A stretch of 64,000 nucleotides of DNA from an uncultured Candidatus Saccharibacteria bacterium (GTDB taxonomy: Bacteria > Patescibacteriota > Saccharimonadia > Saccharimonadales > Saccharimonadaceae), in contig CAUVUB010000001.1 in assembly GCA_963555045.1 (NCBI GenBank), forward strand, positions 186,927-250,926, read 5' to 3'. A program made the translations under genes and the position numbers. The notes below the pieces were generated by a model. It ran no database searches. It was not told the DNA's origin and saw nothing but the letters and a program-made list of their open reading frames with translations. Positions within the stretch are counted from its first letter, which is position 1. Each line of letters opens with the position of its first letter. Below are positions 46,024-55,254 of this stretch, piece after piece.

Positions 46024-47859
46024 ATGCCGCGGGTGGTTTGTTATGATGTAACAACGGCAGACGAAACAACACTCATCGATCCGTTAAAGCGGGCTGGGTT
46101 TGAAGTGCAGGCGTACTCCGGCCCGCTACAGTATGAGACTATCGATAGGGATGCGGATGTTATCAGTGTGTTCATTGATAGTCAAGTGACTGAAGAGGTG
46201 CTAGAACAAATGCCAAGATTGCGGCTCATTGCAGCGCGCTCTACCGGCACGGACCATATAGCACTTGATGCGGCTCGTCGTCGTGGCGTTATGGTGCGCA
46301 ATGTGCCGTCGTATAGCGAGTCAACAGTGGCGGAGTATGCCTTCACGCTGCTTCTGACGCTGATGAGAAAACTACCGATTGCCGTGCAAAATGCTCGCGT
46401 CGGTGAAGATGATACCACGTTGTGCACTGGCCAGGATGTAGCTGGCAAAACTATTGGTATTATTGGCACTGGGGCTATCGGCAGTAAGATGGCTCGTATG
46501 GCAGCGGGGTTTGGTATGAAGGTGATTGCTAATGACGTAACGCCCGATACGGCACTGGCTGAGAAACTGGGGCTACAGTATGTACCACTGCCTGATCTTT
46601 TAGCACAAAGTGATATTATCTCACTGCACACTCCCCTGCTCGATAGCACGTATCACCTACTGAATAGCCAGAATATGAATATGCTCAAACCTGGCGTTGT
46701 ACTTATTAATACTGCTCGTGGCGAACTGATTGACACCCGGGCGCTGCTAGCGGGGCTGGTAACGGGGCGTATTGGTGGCGCCGGGCTCGATACGATTGAG
46801 GGTGAAGCCTTGCTATCGCGTCGTGCTTCGCTGAAAGCTCTAGCTCGAGCGGAAGTTGCGCCAGAGGATAGCTTGAACGTTTCGATTATTCGAACCTTGC
46901 AGCGGCTGCCGAATGTTATTATTACGCCACATGTCGCATTCAATACAACTGAAGCAATTGCACGAGTTGGGGCTGCGACCGTAAAACATATTACAGAACT
47001 TATGGAGGATATGATGCCACAGTCACTACCAGGGCGCCTTATTATCGTGCGCCACGCAGAGTCAGAATGGAATAAGCTGGGTAAATGGACCGGACGAACA
47101 GATGTGCATATCACACCACATGGCGCCAGCCAGGCGATTCAACTTGGCCAGAAGCTTGCTGCTAGCGGCATTACTGCAGATGTCGCGCTCACCTCAAAGC
47201 TGGTGCGCACACAAGACACCTGGAACTCTCTTCGCCACGGCGCAGGCTACACTGTATCAAGCCGAGCTGCTAGTGCACTAAACGAGCGTGATTATGGTGT
47301 GTATACCGGAAAAAATAAACACCAGGTGCAGGCTGAGATTGGTGATGCTGCATACAATGCGCTGCGTCGCAGTTGGAATGCTCCGGTAGAGGGCGGCGAA
47401 ACACTGCAAGATGTGTACGTTCGCGCCATACCATTCTATATGGCAGAGATTTTGCCACAGTTAGCTGCTGGTAAAAATGTGCTAATCGTATCCCACGGTA
47501 ATACTATTCGAGCACTGATGAAGTATCTTGAGCAAATTTCAGATGAAGCTATTAGCAGCGTAGAAATGCCGCATGATGTTGCGCTGGTATACGAAGTAAA
47601 CGCAGATGGCCATATGGTGCATAAGGAGATGATTGAAGCCCCAGCTGGGCAGCCGGATATTCCGGTTAGTGAGCTGCCGCAGGAGGTCGTGCAGGCGCTT
47701 GGGCTTGATCAGCAGAACACTGCGCCGGTAGCAACCCAGCCTGCCCCTCGGGCAGCATCTGTAGCGCGCGCCAGCCAGCCACAGCCAGCACGTAGAGTTG
47801 ATTCGTTTAGGCCACAGCGTCCTACAAGCAGTAATCGCGGCGGCAGGCTTGTGCAGTAG
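46024..47859 (+). CDS. Fusion protein: D-isomer-specific 2-hydroxyacid dehydrogenase (N-terminal) plus cofactor-dependent phosphoglycerate mutase (C-terminal)
   Basis: The N-terminal part has the NAD-binding motif GIIGTGAIGSKMA and catalytic-domain blocks. The C-terminal part has RHAESEWN and SHGNTIRAL, the histidine-phosphatase motifs. AGGAGG lies 9 nt before the ATG at 46024. Confidence 0.8.
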   Translation: MPRVVCYDVTTADETTLIDPLKRAGFEVQAYSGPLQYETIDRDADVISVFIDSQVTEEVLEQMPRLRLIAARSTGTDHIALDAARRRGVMVRNVPSYSESTVAEYAFTLLLTLMRKLPIAVQNARVGEDDTTLCTGQDVAGKTIGIIGTGAIGSKMARMAAGFGMKVIANDVTPDTALAEKLGLQYVPLPDLLAQSDIISLHTPLLDSTYHLLNSQNMNMLKPGVVLINTARGELIDTRALLAGLVTGRIGGAGLDTIEGEALLSRRASLKALARAEVAPEDSLNVSIIRTLQRLPNVIITPHVAFNTTEAIARVGAATVKHITELMEDMMPQSLPGRLIIVRHAESEWNKLGKWTGRTDVHITPHGASQAIQLGQKLAASGITADVALTSKLVRTQDTWNSLRHGAGYTVSSRAASALNERDYGVYTGKNKHQVQAEIGDAAYNALRRSWNAPVEGGETLQDVYVRAIPFYMAEILPQLAAGKNVLIVSHGNTIRALMKYLEQISDEAISSVEMPHDVALVYEVNADGHMVHKEMIEAPAGQPDIPVSELPQEVVQALGLDQQNTAPVATQPAPRAASVARASQPQPARRVDSFRPQRPTSSNRGGRLVQ

Positions 47860-47907
47860 GTTTTATGTACACTACTATTGCCCACCGGGAGACTGGTGGG
47901 TTGGGGT

Positions 47908-48888
47908 TTAGCTACTTTTTTGTAACACTGCAACAAAAAATGATTCATAGTGTGGCTGTGGTGGAATACGGAGTGTATGCTCAATTATAGTAGGTGCAAT
48001 TGTGATGGTATTCCATGCAGGCAACGAGTGAGTTTGTAGCTCTGGTGGCACAAATGGTGGAGCTATAAGTGTGGCGTCGCTGTGTTTGCGTAAAAAATGA
48101 TGGAGCACTAGTTCGTTTTCTTCTGGGGCCATGGTGCAAGTGCTATAAACCAGCCTTCCCCCGGCTCGAAGCTGGCTCCACGCAGTGGAAAGAAGTAACT
48201 TTTGTGTATGTGCTAGCCGACGAATATGCGCCACCGACCAAGTATCAATACTTTTTGGTTGAGCCGCCTGTAAGAGCCCCTCGCCGCTGCACGGTGCATC
48301 AAGCAAGATAGCGTCATATTGCTTTATCATTTCTTCTCGTGGTGGCTTGGTCATATCGCGCAGTGTGCATTCAGTATTAGTAACGCCAAGGCGCTGCAAG
48401 TTCTGAGTGAGCTTGAAAAGCCGATGGCGCGAGTTATCGTTAGCGGTAATGTGCGCAGCATTATCGCTCAGCGCGGCTAGGTGAGAGGTTTTCCCGCCTG
48501 GTGCAGCACACATATCAAGTACACGCTCGCCAGACTTGGGCTGCAAAAAAAGTGGAGGCAGCCAGCTAGAGGCATTCTGCACATAGCATGTGCCAGATGC
48601 CGTCTGTAGATCTTCAAACTGCCGCACTTCTTCAGTGATTACGGCAGGACGCCGCCAGCCGGTTTGGTGCGGCATCCAACCCACCTCCGTGTAGCCAAGT
48701 TGTTGCAGCTGTGGGACGATGCTGCTCGGATCTACCGCTAGGTTATTAATGCGAAGACTTTGCTGCAACGGTTGGCTCATGGCCGCGGTTACAGTTTCTT
48801 CCGAACGCTGCAATATCTGCCCGGTGCGTGATAGGAACTGCTGCCATTTTTGTGCTCGTTTTTGTTCTAAAGAGGTTCGTTTTCCCAT
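47908..48888 (-). CDS. RsmB/RsmF-like rRNA (cytosine-C5)-methyltransferase (NOL1/NOP2/Sun family)
   Basis: SAM motif LDMCAAPGGKT and the catalytic Cys blocks DAPCSGEG and YSTCT. The start is set at the ATG at 48888. Confidence 0.85.
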   Translation of the reverse strand: MGKRTSLEQKRAQKWQQFLSRTGQILQRSEETVTAAMSQPLQQSLRINNLAVDPSSIVPQLQQLGYTEVGWMPHQTGWRRPAVITEEVRQFEDLQTASGTCYVQNASSWLPPLFLQPKSGERVLDMCAAPGGKTSHLAALSDNAAHITANDNSRHRLFKLTQNLQRLGVTNTECTLRDMTKPPREEMIKQYDAILLDAPCSGEGLLQAAQPKSIDTWSVAHIRRLAHTQKLLLSTAWSQLRAGGRLVYSTCTMAPEENELVLHHFLRKHSDATLIAPPFVPPELQTHSLPAWNTITIAPTIIEHTLRIPPQPHYESFFVAVLQKSS

Positions 48889-48975
48889 AGTAGCTATTGT
48901 ATCATGCGGGCACAAGAAAAATGCAGCCCTGCGTATTTGCAGAGCTGCATCGGTGTAGTCTGTGACGTGTATGAT

Positions 48976-49401
48976 CTATTCAACGACTTCAACGCCCATT
49001 GAGCGAGCTGATCCAGCGATGGTCTTCATGGCACCTTCTACTGAAATAGCGTTGAGGTGTTCCATCTTTGCCTCAGCAATTTCACGAACCTGGTCTTGAG
49101 TGATTGTACCAACCTTGTCAGTTTTACTGTTGGCAGCACCCTTTTGAATGCCAGCTTTTTCACGAATCATGTCGTCTACTGGCTGTCCGAGGCTCTTCCA
49201 GCTAAAGCTGCGGTCATCGAACACCTGCAGGTGCACAATAACATCCTTACCCATCATGTCTTTAGTTGCTTCGTTGAATGGGTTAATGAAGTCCATCATA
49301 TTAAGACCCCACTGACCGAGTGTTGAACCAACTGGAGGCCCAGCAGTTGCGCGGCCAGCTGGAATACGAAGCTTCAAGTTTCCAATAACTTTCTTTGCCA
49401 T
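48976..49401 (-). CDS. rplK: 50S ribosomal protein L11
   Basis: 141 aa with the PAGRATAGPPVG block and the position after nusG. Confidence 0.96.
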   Translation of the reverse strand: MAKKVIGNLKLRIPAGRATAGPPVGSTLGQWGLNMMDFINPFNEATKDMMGKDVIVHLQVFDDRSFSWKSLGQPVDDMIREKAGIQKGAANSKTDKVGTITQDQVREIAEAKMEHLNAISVEGAMKTIAGSARSMGVEVVE

Positions 49402-49504
49402 ACTAATTCCTTATACTTTTGCTTAGCTTAACCTAAAAATAGTAGAAGCATTTGTTGCGTAACATGCCTATTTTAGCATGTACTAATCGCGCAGTGCAAG
49501 CTGC

Positions 49505-50050
49505 TTACAGCTTCTTTACCTGAAGTGCGTCTAGCTCAACTGGAGTGTCACGGCCAAACATACTGACCATCACGCGCAAAGTTCCCTTTTGCACATCAAC
49601 TTCAGAAATTGACCCCTCGAAGCCCTTGAATGGACCATCAACGATTGAGACAACCTCTCCTTCACTGAAGTCTATTTGGTGGGTTGGCTCTTCTACGCCC
49701 ATGCGCTGCTTAATTTTCTTGATCTCTGCCTCAGAAACAGGGGTAGGCTTGGTACCTGCACCGATAAAGCCAGTTACATCTGGGATATTACGGATGATAT
49801 ACCATGTTTCATCGGTTAGTTTCATTTCCACCAGTACGTAGCCCTGGAAGATTTTTGCCTCCACTACTTTGCGCTTACCGTTGCGGATTTGGATTTGTTT
49901 CTCTTTTGGTACCAGCGCTTCAAAAATTTTATCTGCCATATCAACAGCGTTAATACGCTGCCGGATATTTTCAGCTACCTTTTCCTCGTAACCGCTGTGC
50001 GTTGAAATAGCGTACCAAGCACGTGTGTCGTCGTATCGATTTGTTCCCAT
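49505..50050 (-). CDS. nusG: Transcription termination/antitermination factor NusG
   Basis: 181 aa with an NGN domain (WYAISTHSGYE) and a KOW domain (GPFKGFEGSI). Confidence 0.95.
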   Translation of the reverse strand: MGTNRYDDTRAWYAISTHSGYEEKVAENIRQRINAVDMADKIFEALVPKEKQIQIRNGKRKVVEAKIFQGYVLVEMKLTDETWYIIRNIPDVTGFIGAGTKPTPVSEAEIKKIKQRMGVEEPTHQIDFSEGEVVSIVDGPFKGFEGSISEVDVQKGTLRVMVSMFGRDTPVELDALQVKKL

Positions 50051-50065
50051 GTCTTCCCCTTGTTT

Positions 50066-50437
50066 TTATTTGATTAATTGTTCTGATATAAAGCCAAATA
50101 GGGCATCAAGTCCTAGAATCAGGACGATAAAGATGATGCTATAGACCAGCACGGCCAAGGTCATGCCCCAGGTAGCGCGGCGAGTTGGCCAGTGTACTTG
50201 CATCAGTTCCCACCACGAGCCACGGAAGTAGCGACCGATCTTTTTAAAAATGTTTTTGGTTGGCGTTGGTGCGATTTTTTCAGCAGTCATAGCTCGGTGC
50301 TTTTGTTCGGCACGTTTTGCTGGGTCAATCTTTTTTGCTTTGGCAGCTTTTTTTGCGCTAGTATTACTGCTACTAGCTTTAGCCTTCCCTGTCGTATTCG
50401 CGGTAATGCGAGTAACGTTTGTATCCTTCTTTCCCAC
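50066..50437 (-). CDS. secE: Preprotein translocase subunit SecE with a Lys/Ala-rich N-terminal extension
   Basis: A single C-terminal TM helix preceded by an ELMQVHWPTRRAT-type segment, in the position upstream of nusG. Confidence 0.85.
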   Translation of the reverse strand: MGKKDTNVTRITANTTGKAKASSSNTSAKKAAKAKKIDPAKRAEQKHRAMTAEKIAPTPTKNIFKKIGRYFRGSWWELMQVHWPTRRATWGMTLAVLVYSIIFIVLILGLDALFGFISEQLIK

Positions 50438-50521
50438 GATTAATTCCTCTTAGATTAAAAATAGTCTGCTTATGCAGACTGTCAATATAAGTATAGCCCG
50501 TACGCAGTAAAATGACAAGCG

Positions 50522-51247
50522 TTAGAGGTATGGAGAGTGGCGAGCTAGCAAGGTCTTATCTGCTTGATAATCTGGCTTCATTTGCGAAACAAGCTGCCAA
50601 AATGCTGGGCTGTGGTTGAGGTGCACACTGTGCGCGAGTTCATGGATAATAACGTAGTCGATGGCGCTGTAATGTTCTTGCAGCGAAGCGCCAGGTAGAA
50701 ACAAGAGCGCGATGTTAAGGCTGAGGGTGCCGCGGCTTGAATAACTTCCCCAGCGGGTGGCACTATGGCTTAGCCTAAGCCGCCGGTACTGCACGCCAAG
50801 GGGCGCGAATTGTTGAGCTAGCTTTTGCACGCGCCCAGGCAATAGAAGTTTGGCTTCTTTGCGCAGCACGAGCAGAACCTTTTGGCGAATGATTGTTTGC
50901 ACGGCATGTGCAGACGGGCTCATGTCTTGCGGAATCGTGATACGTAGCGAGGTACTCGTAACCGCCGTTGTTATATTTGTGACAGCTCGCTGCTGGATGA
51001 TCAGCATAATATGGCCAGCAATCATATCCCTATCGGTGTACAAGCGTGGGGCTTGCGCAGCGATCGTTGTCAGCTCGGGTGTTAGGTCTCGCACTAATTT
51101 ATACGCCGCAGGTTGCGACATGGGCGGCCGAGGCGTACTGATGCGAATAATGCCGCTTGGCCTACGTCGAATCGTAATTCGTTGGCTGCGCCGACTAGCC
51201 ACAAACTGCAATGTCCCAAACTCTGGATGCTGCAGCAAGAAGGCCAT
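50522..51247 (-). CDS. YgjP-like (DUF45/SprT-like) zinc metallopeptidase
   Basis: HEXXH motif HELAH followed by LNHSPAFW, in the typical C-terminal position. Confidence 0.7.
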   Translation of the reverse strand: MAFLLQHPEFGTLQFVASRRSQRITIRRRPSGIIRISTPRPPMSQPAAYKLVRDLTPELTTIAAQAPRLYTDRDMIAGHIMLIIQQRAVTNITTAVTSTSLRITIPQDMSPSAHAVQTIIRQKVLLVLRKEAKLLLPGRVQKLAQQFAPLGVQYRRLRLSHSATRWGSYSSRGTLSLNIALLFLPGASLQEHYSAIDYVIIHELAHSVHLNHSPAFWQLVSQMKPDYQADKTLLARHSPYL

Positions 51248-52140
51248 TAGAGATCAATACGCCGACTAATTGGTGTTGTGGGTCGAGCGTTGTGACGGCG
51301 CTGCACGGGGTGATGTCGCTCACGTGGCGCAATAAGGTCAGTTACTTGCGTCATCGATGGGCCGCTCGTTTGTCGTGCAACTGTTTTTTGCGACCGGAGT
51401 GGTTTCTGCGGCTGTTTGTGATGCATGGTAGGTTTATTCTGCACACTTGATTTAGTTTTATTAACGATAGCCAGGCGCGATACAGAACCTGCTACTGTTG
51501 GCCGAATGACTTGAGGCGCCATAGCTAACCCGCTAGCTCGAGTGGCCGGTTTAGCCAGTGGACGGGTTGGTTTTTTAGTAGATTTGTCGGTGCGTTCTGG
51601 GGCCGCTTTCACATTTTGTAGTTTTTGCAGTACCTTGTGAGATTGGGTAGTAAACGTATGTTTGCCACTAATTACCGTACATACCTCGTTATTTCGTGGT
51701 GGTGAAAATACCGATTCTCGGTAAGCTGCAAGCACTGTGTAATTCGCAAATGTTTTTGCAAGTTCTCGCTGTCGATACTGCCGGGTTGGTTTGTCTGTTT
51801 GCACCCACACAAGCAAAGGACGATAGCCGTTGCTGCGGGCTAGTTTAATAAGATTTGCGCGTTCATTCGGGCGGTCTGCTCCGCCTTCAAAGATAAGTGT
51901 TTTTTGGGTTTTCATCATTTCGCCAAGATATAGAGCCACGCCCGTGTGCAGTTCTTGCAGCAGTGCTGAATCTTGCGATGCATGAGTTGGTAGCCGCAAG
52001 AAAAGCTCATCTACATCGATAAATGGCATTGCAAACTGACGAGCAAACTGACGAGCAAAGTGTGTTTTACCGGCACCAGGCAGGCCGATAACAATAATAA
52101 GATATGGTGTAGTGGCTGCAGGAGTTGCCGAATTATTCAT
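51247..52140 (-). CDS. P-loop NTPase or kinase-like protein with a long basic disordered C-terminal tail
   Basis: Walker A GLPGAGKT near the N-terminus. The start is the ATG at 52140, with TATACT 6 nt upstream. The stop overlaps the next start (TAATG). Confidence 0.65.
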   Translation of the reverse strand: MNNSATPAATTPYLIIVIGLPGAGKTHFARQFARQFAMPFIDVDELFLRLPTHASQDSALLQELHTGVALYLGEMMKTQKTLIFEGGADRPNERANLIKLARSNGYRPLLVWVQTDKPTRQYRQRELAKTFANYTVLAAYRESVFSPPRNNEVCTVISGKHTFTTQSHKVLQKLQNVKAAPERTDKSTKKPTRPLAKPATRASGLAMAPQVIRPTVAGSVSRLAIVNKTKSSVQNKPTMHHKQPQKPLRSQKTVARQTSGPSMTQVTDLIAPRERHHPVQRRHNARPTTPISRRIDL

Positions 52141-52217
52141 ATGTGTAGTATAGCAAAAAAATAAGTTTACAAACAAGCAATGACGCCCCAGTAGTGGAGC
52201 GTCGTAAATCATTATAG

Positions 52218-53969
52218 TTACTTAATGTGGAGTTCTCGCCAAAACACGTGGCAATTAGCGTCTGATCCGCTGCCGAAACGATAGTATGTTGGTCGTGGAT
52301 TGCCAAGCTCTAGTTTTTTGAGCGAATCTTGACCTGTGACATCCTGGTCATTATAGCTAATTTTTTCTGGTCGGTTTTTTCCGTTATAAGTAATTTGCAG
52401 CTGATTGTCATTTTTTCCGCAAGTGTCTGGTGTTTTTATTGCCACCTGCTTAGCACTGTCTAAGATAACCGTGCCTTGACCTTTCCCCGTGATGCCAATA
52501 TTTTCAACGTAGCCCTCAATCGTAAGTTTACCACGTTGGGTGTCACTCACATCTGCTTCGATTCCAGTCATTCCCGTAGCTCGCATTGTCAGTAGCCCTT
52601 CATGTTTAAGCGCTACGTTCATTGTGCGCCCTTCGGTGGCTCCGGCAGTATAGTACCCACCAGAAATATTATCCCACGTGAGCGACGAAAGCTTTGGCCC
52701 GTAAATTGTAGCACTCACTTCTTCTTCGCAAGTATCACCGGTAAACAGGTCGTTGCAGGCACCGTCATAAGCGAGTGCCAGGCGTGTTCCATCTTCTTCT
52801 GCTGAGGCTGTAGCGGTTAGCGTTTTTTGACCACGAAGTGAGGTTATTTCTATATATGGCTCTTTGCTAGCCTCCACTTCCTTGTAGCCGATGTGAGATA
52901 TCTGTTTTCCATTTTGACCGGTAACAGTGAGTGATTTTGCGTCTGCTAATCCAGCTAATTGCACTGTTGTTTGCTCTTTAGTCTGCTCGACGGCGTGGCG
53001 GCGTTCTGTATTAATAGTGTGTGTCATAGCCAGCACCAGTGAGGTGATTGCTGCAAAAATAATGCCACTAGCGATTAAACAGGCGATGATAGTATTGCGC
53101 ATGCCCTTTGGAAGCTTGCCTCTTTGCAGCGCAATTATGCCAAGCACAGCACTAATGAATAGACAAATAGCAAGACAAACACCGAGAACCACCGATACAA
53201 TGGCAAAGCCATGATGTGCAGCAGGTATCTCTGCAAGGAGGTTACCGTGGGCTAGTGCAATCAATACATTAGCTGCCAATGACGTGATAGTGACGAGGGC
53301 GCCAAGCAAAATAACGATCCCAATGATTCGCAAGATTAGTATACCTAGCGGCGTAGCGACCGGCTTAAACGCCTCACGTTGTAAATTAGCGCGGGTAAGT
53401 GGAAGTCCTTTTAGCGCCAAGCGGTCGGCGGTACCTTTAGTCGGAGGAATAACGGCAGCTAATATGATATACTCCGGCAGCAATAGCCCCATACTAACAA
53501 CAGAGGCAAGAACCACTAAAATACGCAAAAGCGTAAGCGGAATATTATAGCGGGCGCTAATACCAGCTAAGACACCAGATAGCACTGCATTATTGGTATC
53601 ACGCATGAGCCTGCGGCCACTGTCGGTAAGGGCGAACCGATGCCTGACATTACCCCAAAATCCAAGTGGTTTGTGTGAATCTTGGCTGCGCCGCGCTTGA
53701 GCCTCCTCGTCGATACTACTATAAAAGACACTTGGACTACCCAGCTGCTGCATGATTGCGTTAACGTCACGCTGAATAATAACCTGTTCTTTGTGAACGC
53801 CATGCTCATGTAAGATCTCAATAATGCGCAGTTCGATTTCCATCATGTCATCTTCAGTGCCACCGAGAGCTGCTTGTACGTCCTCAAGGTAGTCTGCTAG
53901 TTGGCGTCTGGCCTCTGGTTCAATCATGAACGGAGTACGGGCGAGGTGGATATTGGTAAATTCTTTCAT
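52218..53969 (-). CDS. PspC-domain membrane protein with an N-terminal PadR-partner (DUF1700/HAAS-like) helical region and a C-terminal beta-rich extracytoplasmic domain
   Basis: PspC block RRLMRDTNNAVLSGVLAGISARYNIPLTLLRILVVL, several TM helices, and the position right after padR. Confidence 0.7.
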   Translation of the reverse strand: MKEFTNIHLARTPFMIEPEARRQLADYLEDVQAALGGTEDDMMEIELRIIEILHEHGVHKEQVIIQRDVNAIMQQLGSPSVFYSSIDEEAQARRSQDSHKPLGFWGNVRHRFALTDSGRRLMRDTNNAVLSGVLAGISARYNIPLTLLRILVVLASVVSMGLLLPEYIILAAVIPPTKGTADRLALKGLPLTRANLQREAFKPVATPLGILILRIIGIVILLGALVTITSLAANVLIALAHGNLLAEIPAAHHGFAIVSVVLGVCLAICLFISAVLGIIALQRGKLPKGMRNTIIACLIASGIIFAAITSLVLAMTHTINTERRHAVEQTKEQTTVQLAGLADAKSLTVTGQNGKQISHIGYKEVEASKEPYIEITSLRGQKTLTATASAEEDGTRLALAYDGACNDLFTGDTCEEEVSATIYGPKLSSLTWDNISGGYYTAGATEGRTMNVALKHEGLLTMRATGMTGIEADVSDTQRGKLTIEGYVENIGITGKGQGTVILDSAKQVAIKTPDTCGKNDNQLQITYNGKNRPEKISYNDQDVTGQDSLKKLELGNPRPTYYRFGSGSDANCHVFWRELHIK

Positions 53970-53983
53970 AACGTCAGGTCTCC

Positions 53984-54319
53984 TTATAGCTTAGCCAGAG
54001 CTTTGCTTAGTGCGGTAATATTATCAGATAGTAGTGCAATAACTTCATCCCCATATTCGGTGCGGTGATAGTATTTACGTGGTGGTCCTTGTGCGCTCTC
54101 GCGCCATTCGTGCACGAGAAGCCCGTCGCGCAGCAGGCGAGCTAGTAGTGGATAGATAGTTCCCTCTACTACCACCAGCTCAGCGTCTTTGAGCGCTGCG
54201 ATAATCTCACTAGTGTAGTGTGGGCTGCTACAAATCTTTAATACACAAAACGCCAAATATCCCTTGCGGAGTTGCACGGCGAGATTGTTGGCGTAGTCTT
54301 GGCTGCTTCGCTGCTTCAT
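53984..54319 (-). CDS. PadR family transcriptional regulator
   Basis: 111 aa with a winged-helix core (GYLAFCVLKIC...YTSEI...EGTIYPLLARLLRDGLL). Confidence 0.85.
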   Translation of the reverse strand: MKQRSSQDYANNLAVQLRKGYLAFCVLKICSSPHYTSEIIAALKDAELVVVEGTIYPLLARLLRDGLLVHEWRESAQGPPRKYYHRTEYGDEVIALLSDNITALSKALAKL

Positions 54320-54325
54320 AGTCTT

Positions 54326-54354
54326 ATGCTATGCAAAGTAGCTCGTAAAGTCAA
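54326..54354 (-). promoter_or_regulatory. Promoter placed so that padR would be leaderless
   Basis: Minus strand reads TTGACT (54349-54354), 17 nt, TAGCAT (54326-54331), then 6 nt, then the ATG at 54319. Confidence 0.6.
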
Positions 54355-54396
54355 GTAAAATATGATGTAACTAGTGATATAGCTGCCCGGCGCAGG

Positions 54397-54431
54397 CAAA
54401 AGAAAAGACCCCGTAGTATTAGTACGGGGTC
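54397..54431 (-). terminator. Intrinsic terminator after the 54448-55065 gene
   Basis: 9-bp stem GACCCCGTA/TACGGGGTC (54407-54415 / 54423-54431). On the minus strand it is followed by TTTTCTTTTG. Confidence 0.85.
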
Positions 54432-54447
54432 CCTGTAGGCGCTAGGA

Positions 54448-55065
54448 CTATGCACAGTTATAGACAATCTTTTTGTCTGGGCATAGCTCTTGCAGTAGAT
54501 TTTCTAGATGTCGTTTGGCATAATACGGTGCTCCGTTAAAAAAGTTGACGATAATATCGTGATTGCGCAGCGTATAGCCGATAATAGCAAGATTACGTAC
54601 TGCTATAATACAACGATAAGCGTCACTTTCCTTTAGCCCACCTGGAGGTATGATAGGAAAGTTATCTTTACTTAAGGTAAGCCGACGAAGATAGACATAC
54701 CACGCTTCGTCAGATACACCCTTACCTGTGCTAAAATCTTTCAGCTTTGTACGGCATCCCTGGTTGTCAAAATCAACAGGCTCCTCGAGAAGACGTCGTA
54801 GCTTATTTTCCAATACTTTATATGCATCAGGGTTATGATGAACCGCAAACCAATAATCTGCAAGATCATGGAGTGGCAAAAAGTATTGTGGATTTGGGTG
54901 TATCAAAAAGTTTGTATGCACAAGATGACACACAGTAACCTCGGTACCTGGTCCAAGTGAGGTATATGCTTTGGTTAGACCTTTACCAAGACGTTCCTCG
55001 AAAATCCTGAAGCGATAATCTCCCGGAAAGTATTCATCTTCTGGAGAATGTTGCTCGACTGACAT
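54448..55065 (-). CDS. Hypothetical protein, 205 aa
   Basis: Clean ORF. The ATG at 55065 is preceded by AAAGGA. No motif recognised. Confidence 0.55.
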   Translation of the reverse strand: MSVEQHSPEDEYFPGDYRFRIFEERLGKGLTKAYTSLGPGTEVTVCHLVHTNFLIHPNPQYFLPLHDLADYWFAVHHNPDAYKVLENKLRRLLEEPVDFDNQGCRTKLKDFSTGKGVSDEAWYVYLRRLTLSKDNFPIIPPGGLKESDAYRCIIAVRNLAIIGYTLRNHDIIVNFFNGAPYYAKRHLENLLQELCPDKKIVYNCA

Positions 55066-55205
55066 GAAAATCACATCCTTTGTACTTGTAAATGTACAAC
55101 GCATACAGGGGCCCACTCTGGATGAGCAAACCGACTAACCTGGGTGCGCTCGAATCCTTGTGGATCTGCTGTAATTATATCATAAAATGGTAGTTTGCGA
55201 AATAA

Positions 55206-55237
55206 GATATCACCCTGCCGGCCTGGCAGGGTGATAT
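55206..55237 (-). terminator. Hairpin terminator after the 48-aa ORF
   Basis: 13-bp stem ATATCACCCTGCC/GGCAGGGTGATAT (55207-55219 / 55225-55237). On the minus strand it is followed by CTTATTTCG. Confidence 0.65.
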
Positions 55238-55254
55238 GACATGGGGGATAGAAG

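Noticed and set aside
47760-51290. A shared C-terminal motif RR[VI]D in the basic disordered tails of the dehydrogenase-PGM fusion (ARRVDSF) and the P-loop protein (SRRIDL)
   Set aside because: A four-residue similarity in Arg-rich low-complexity tails is expected by chance. There is no further alignment.
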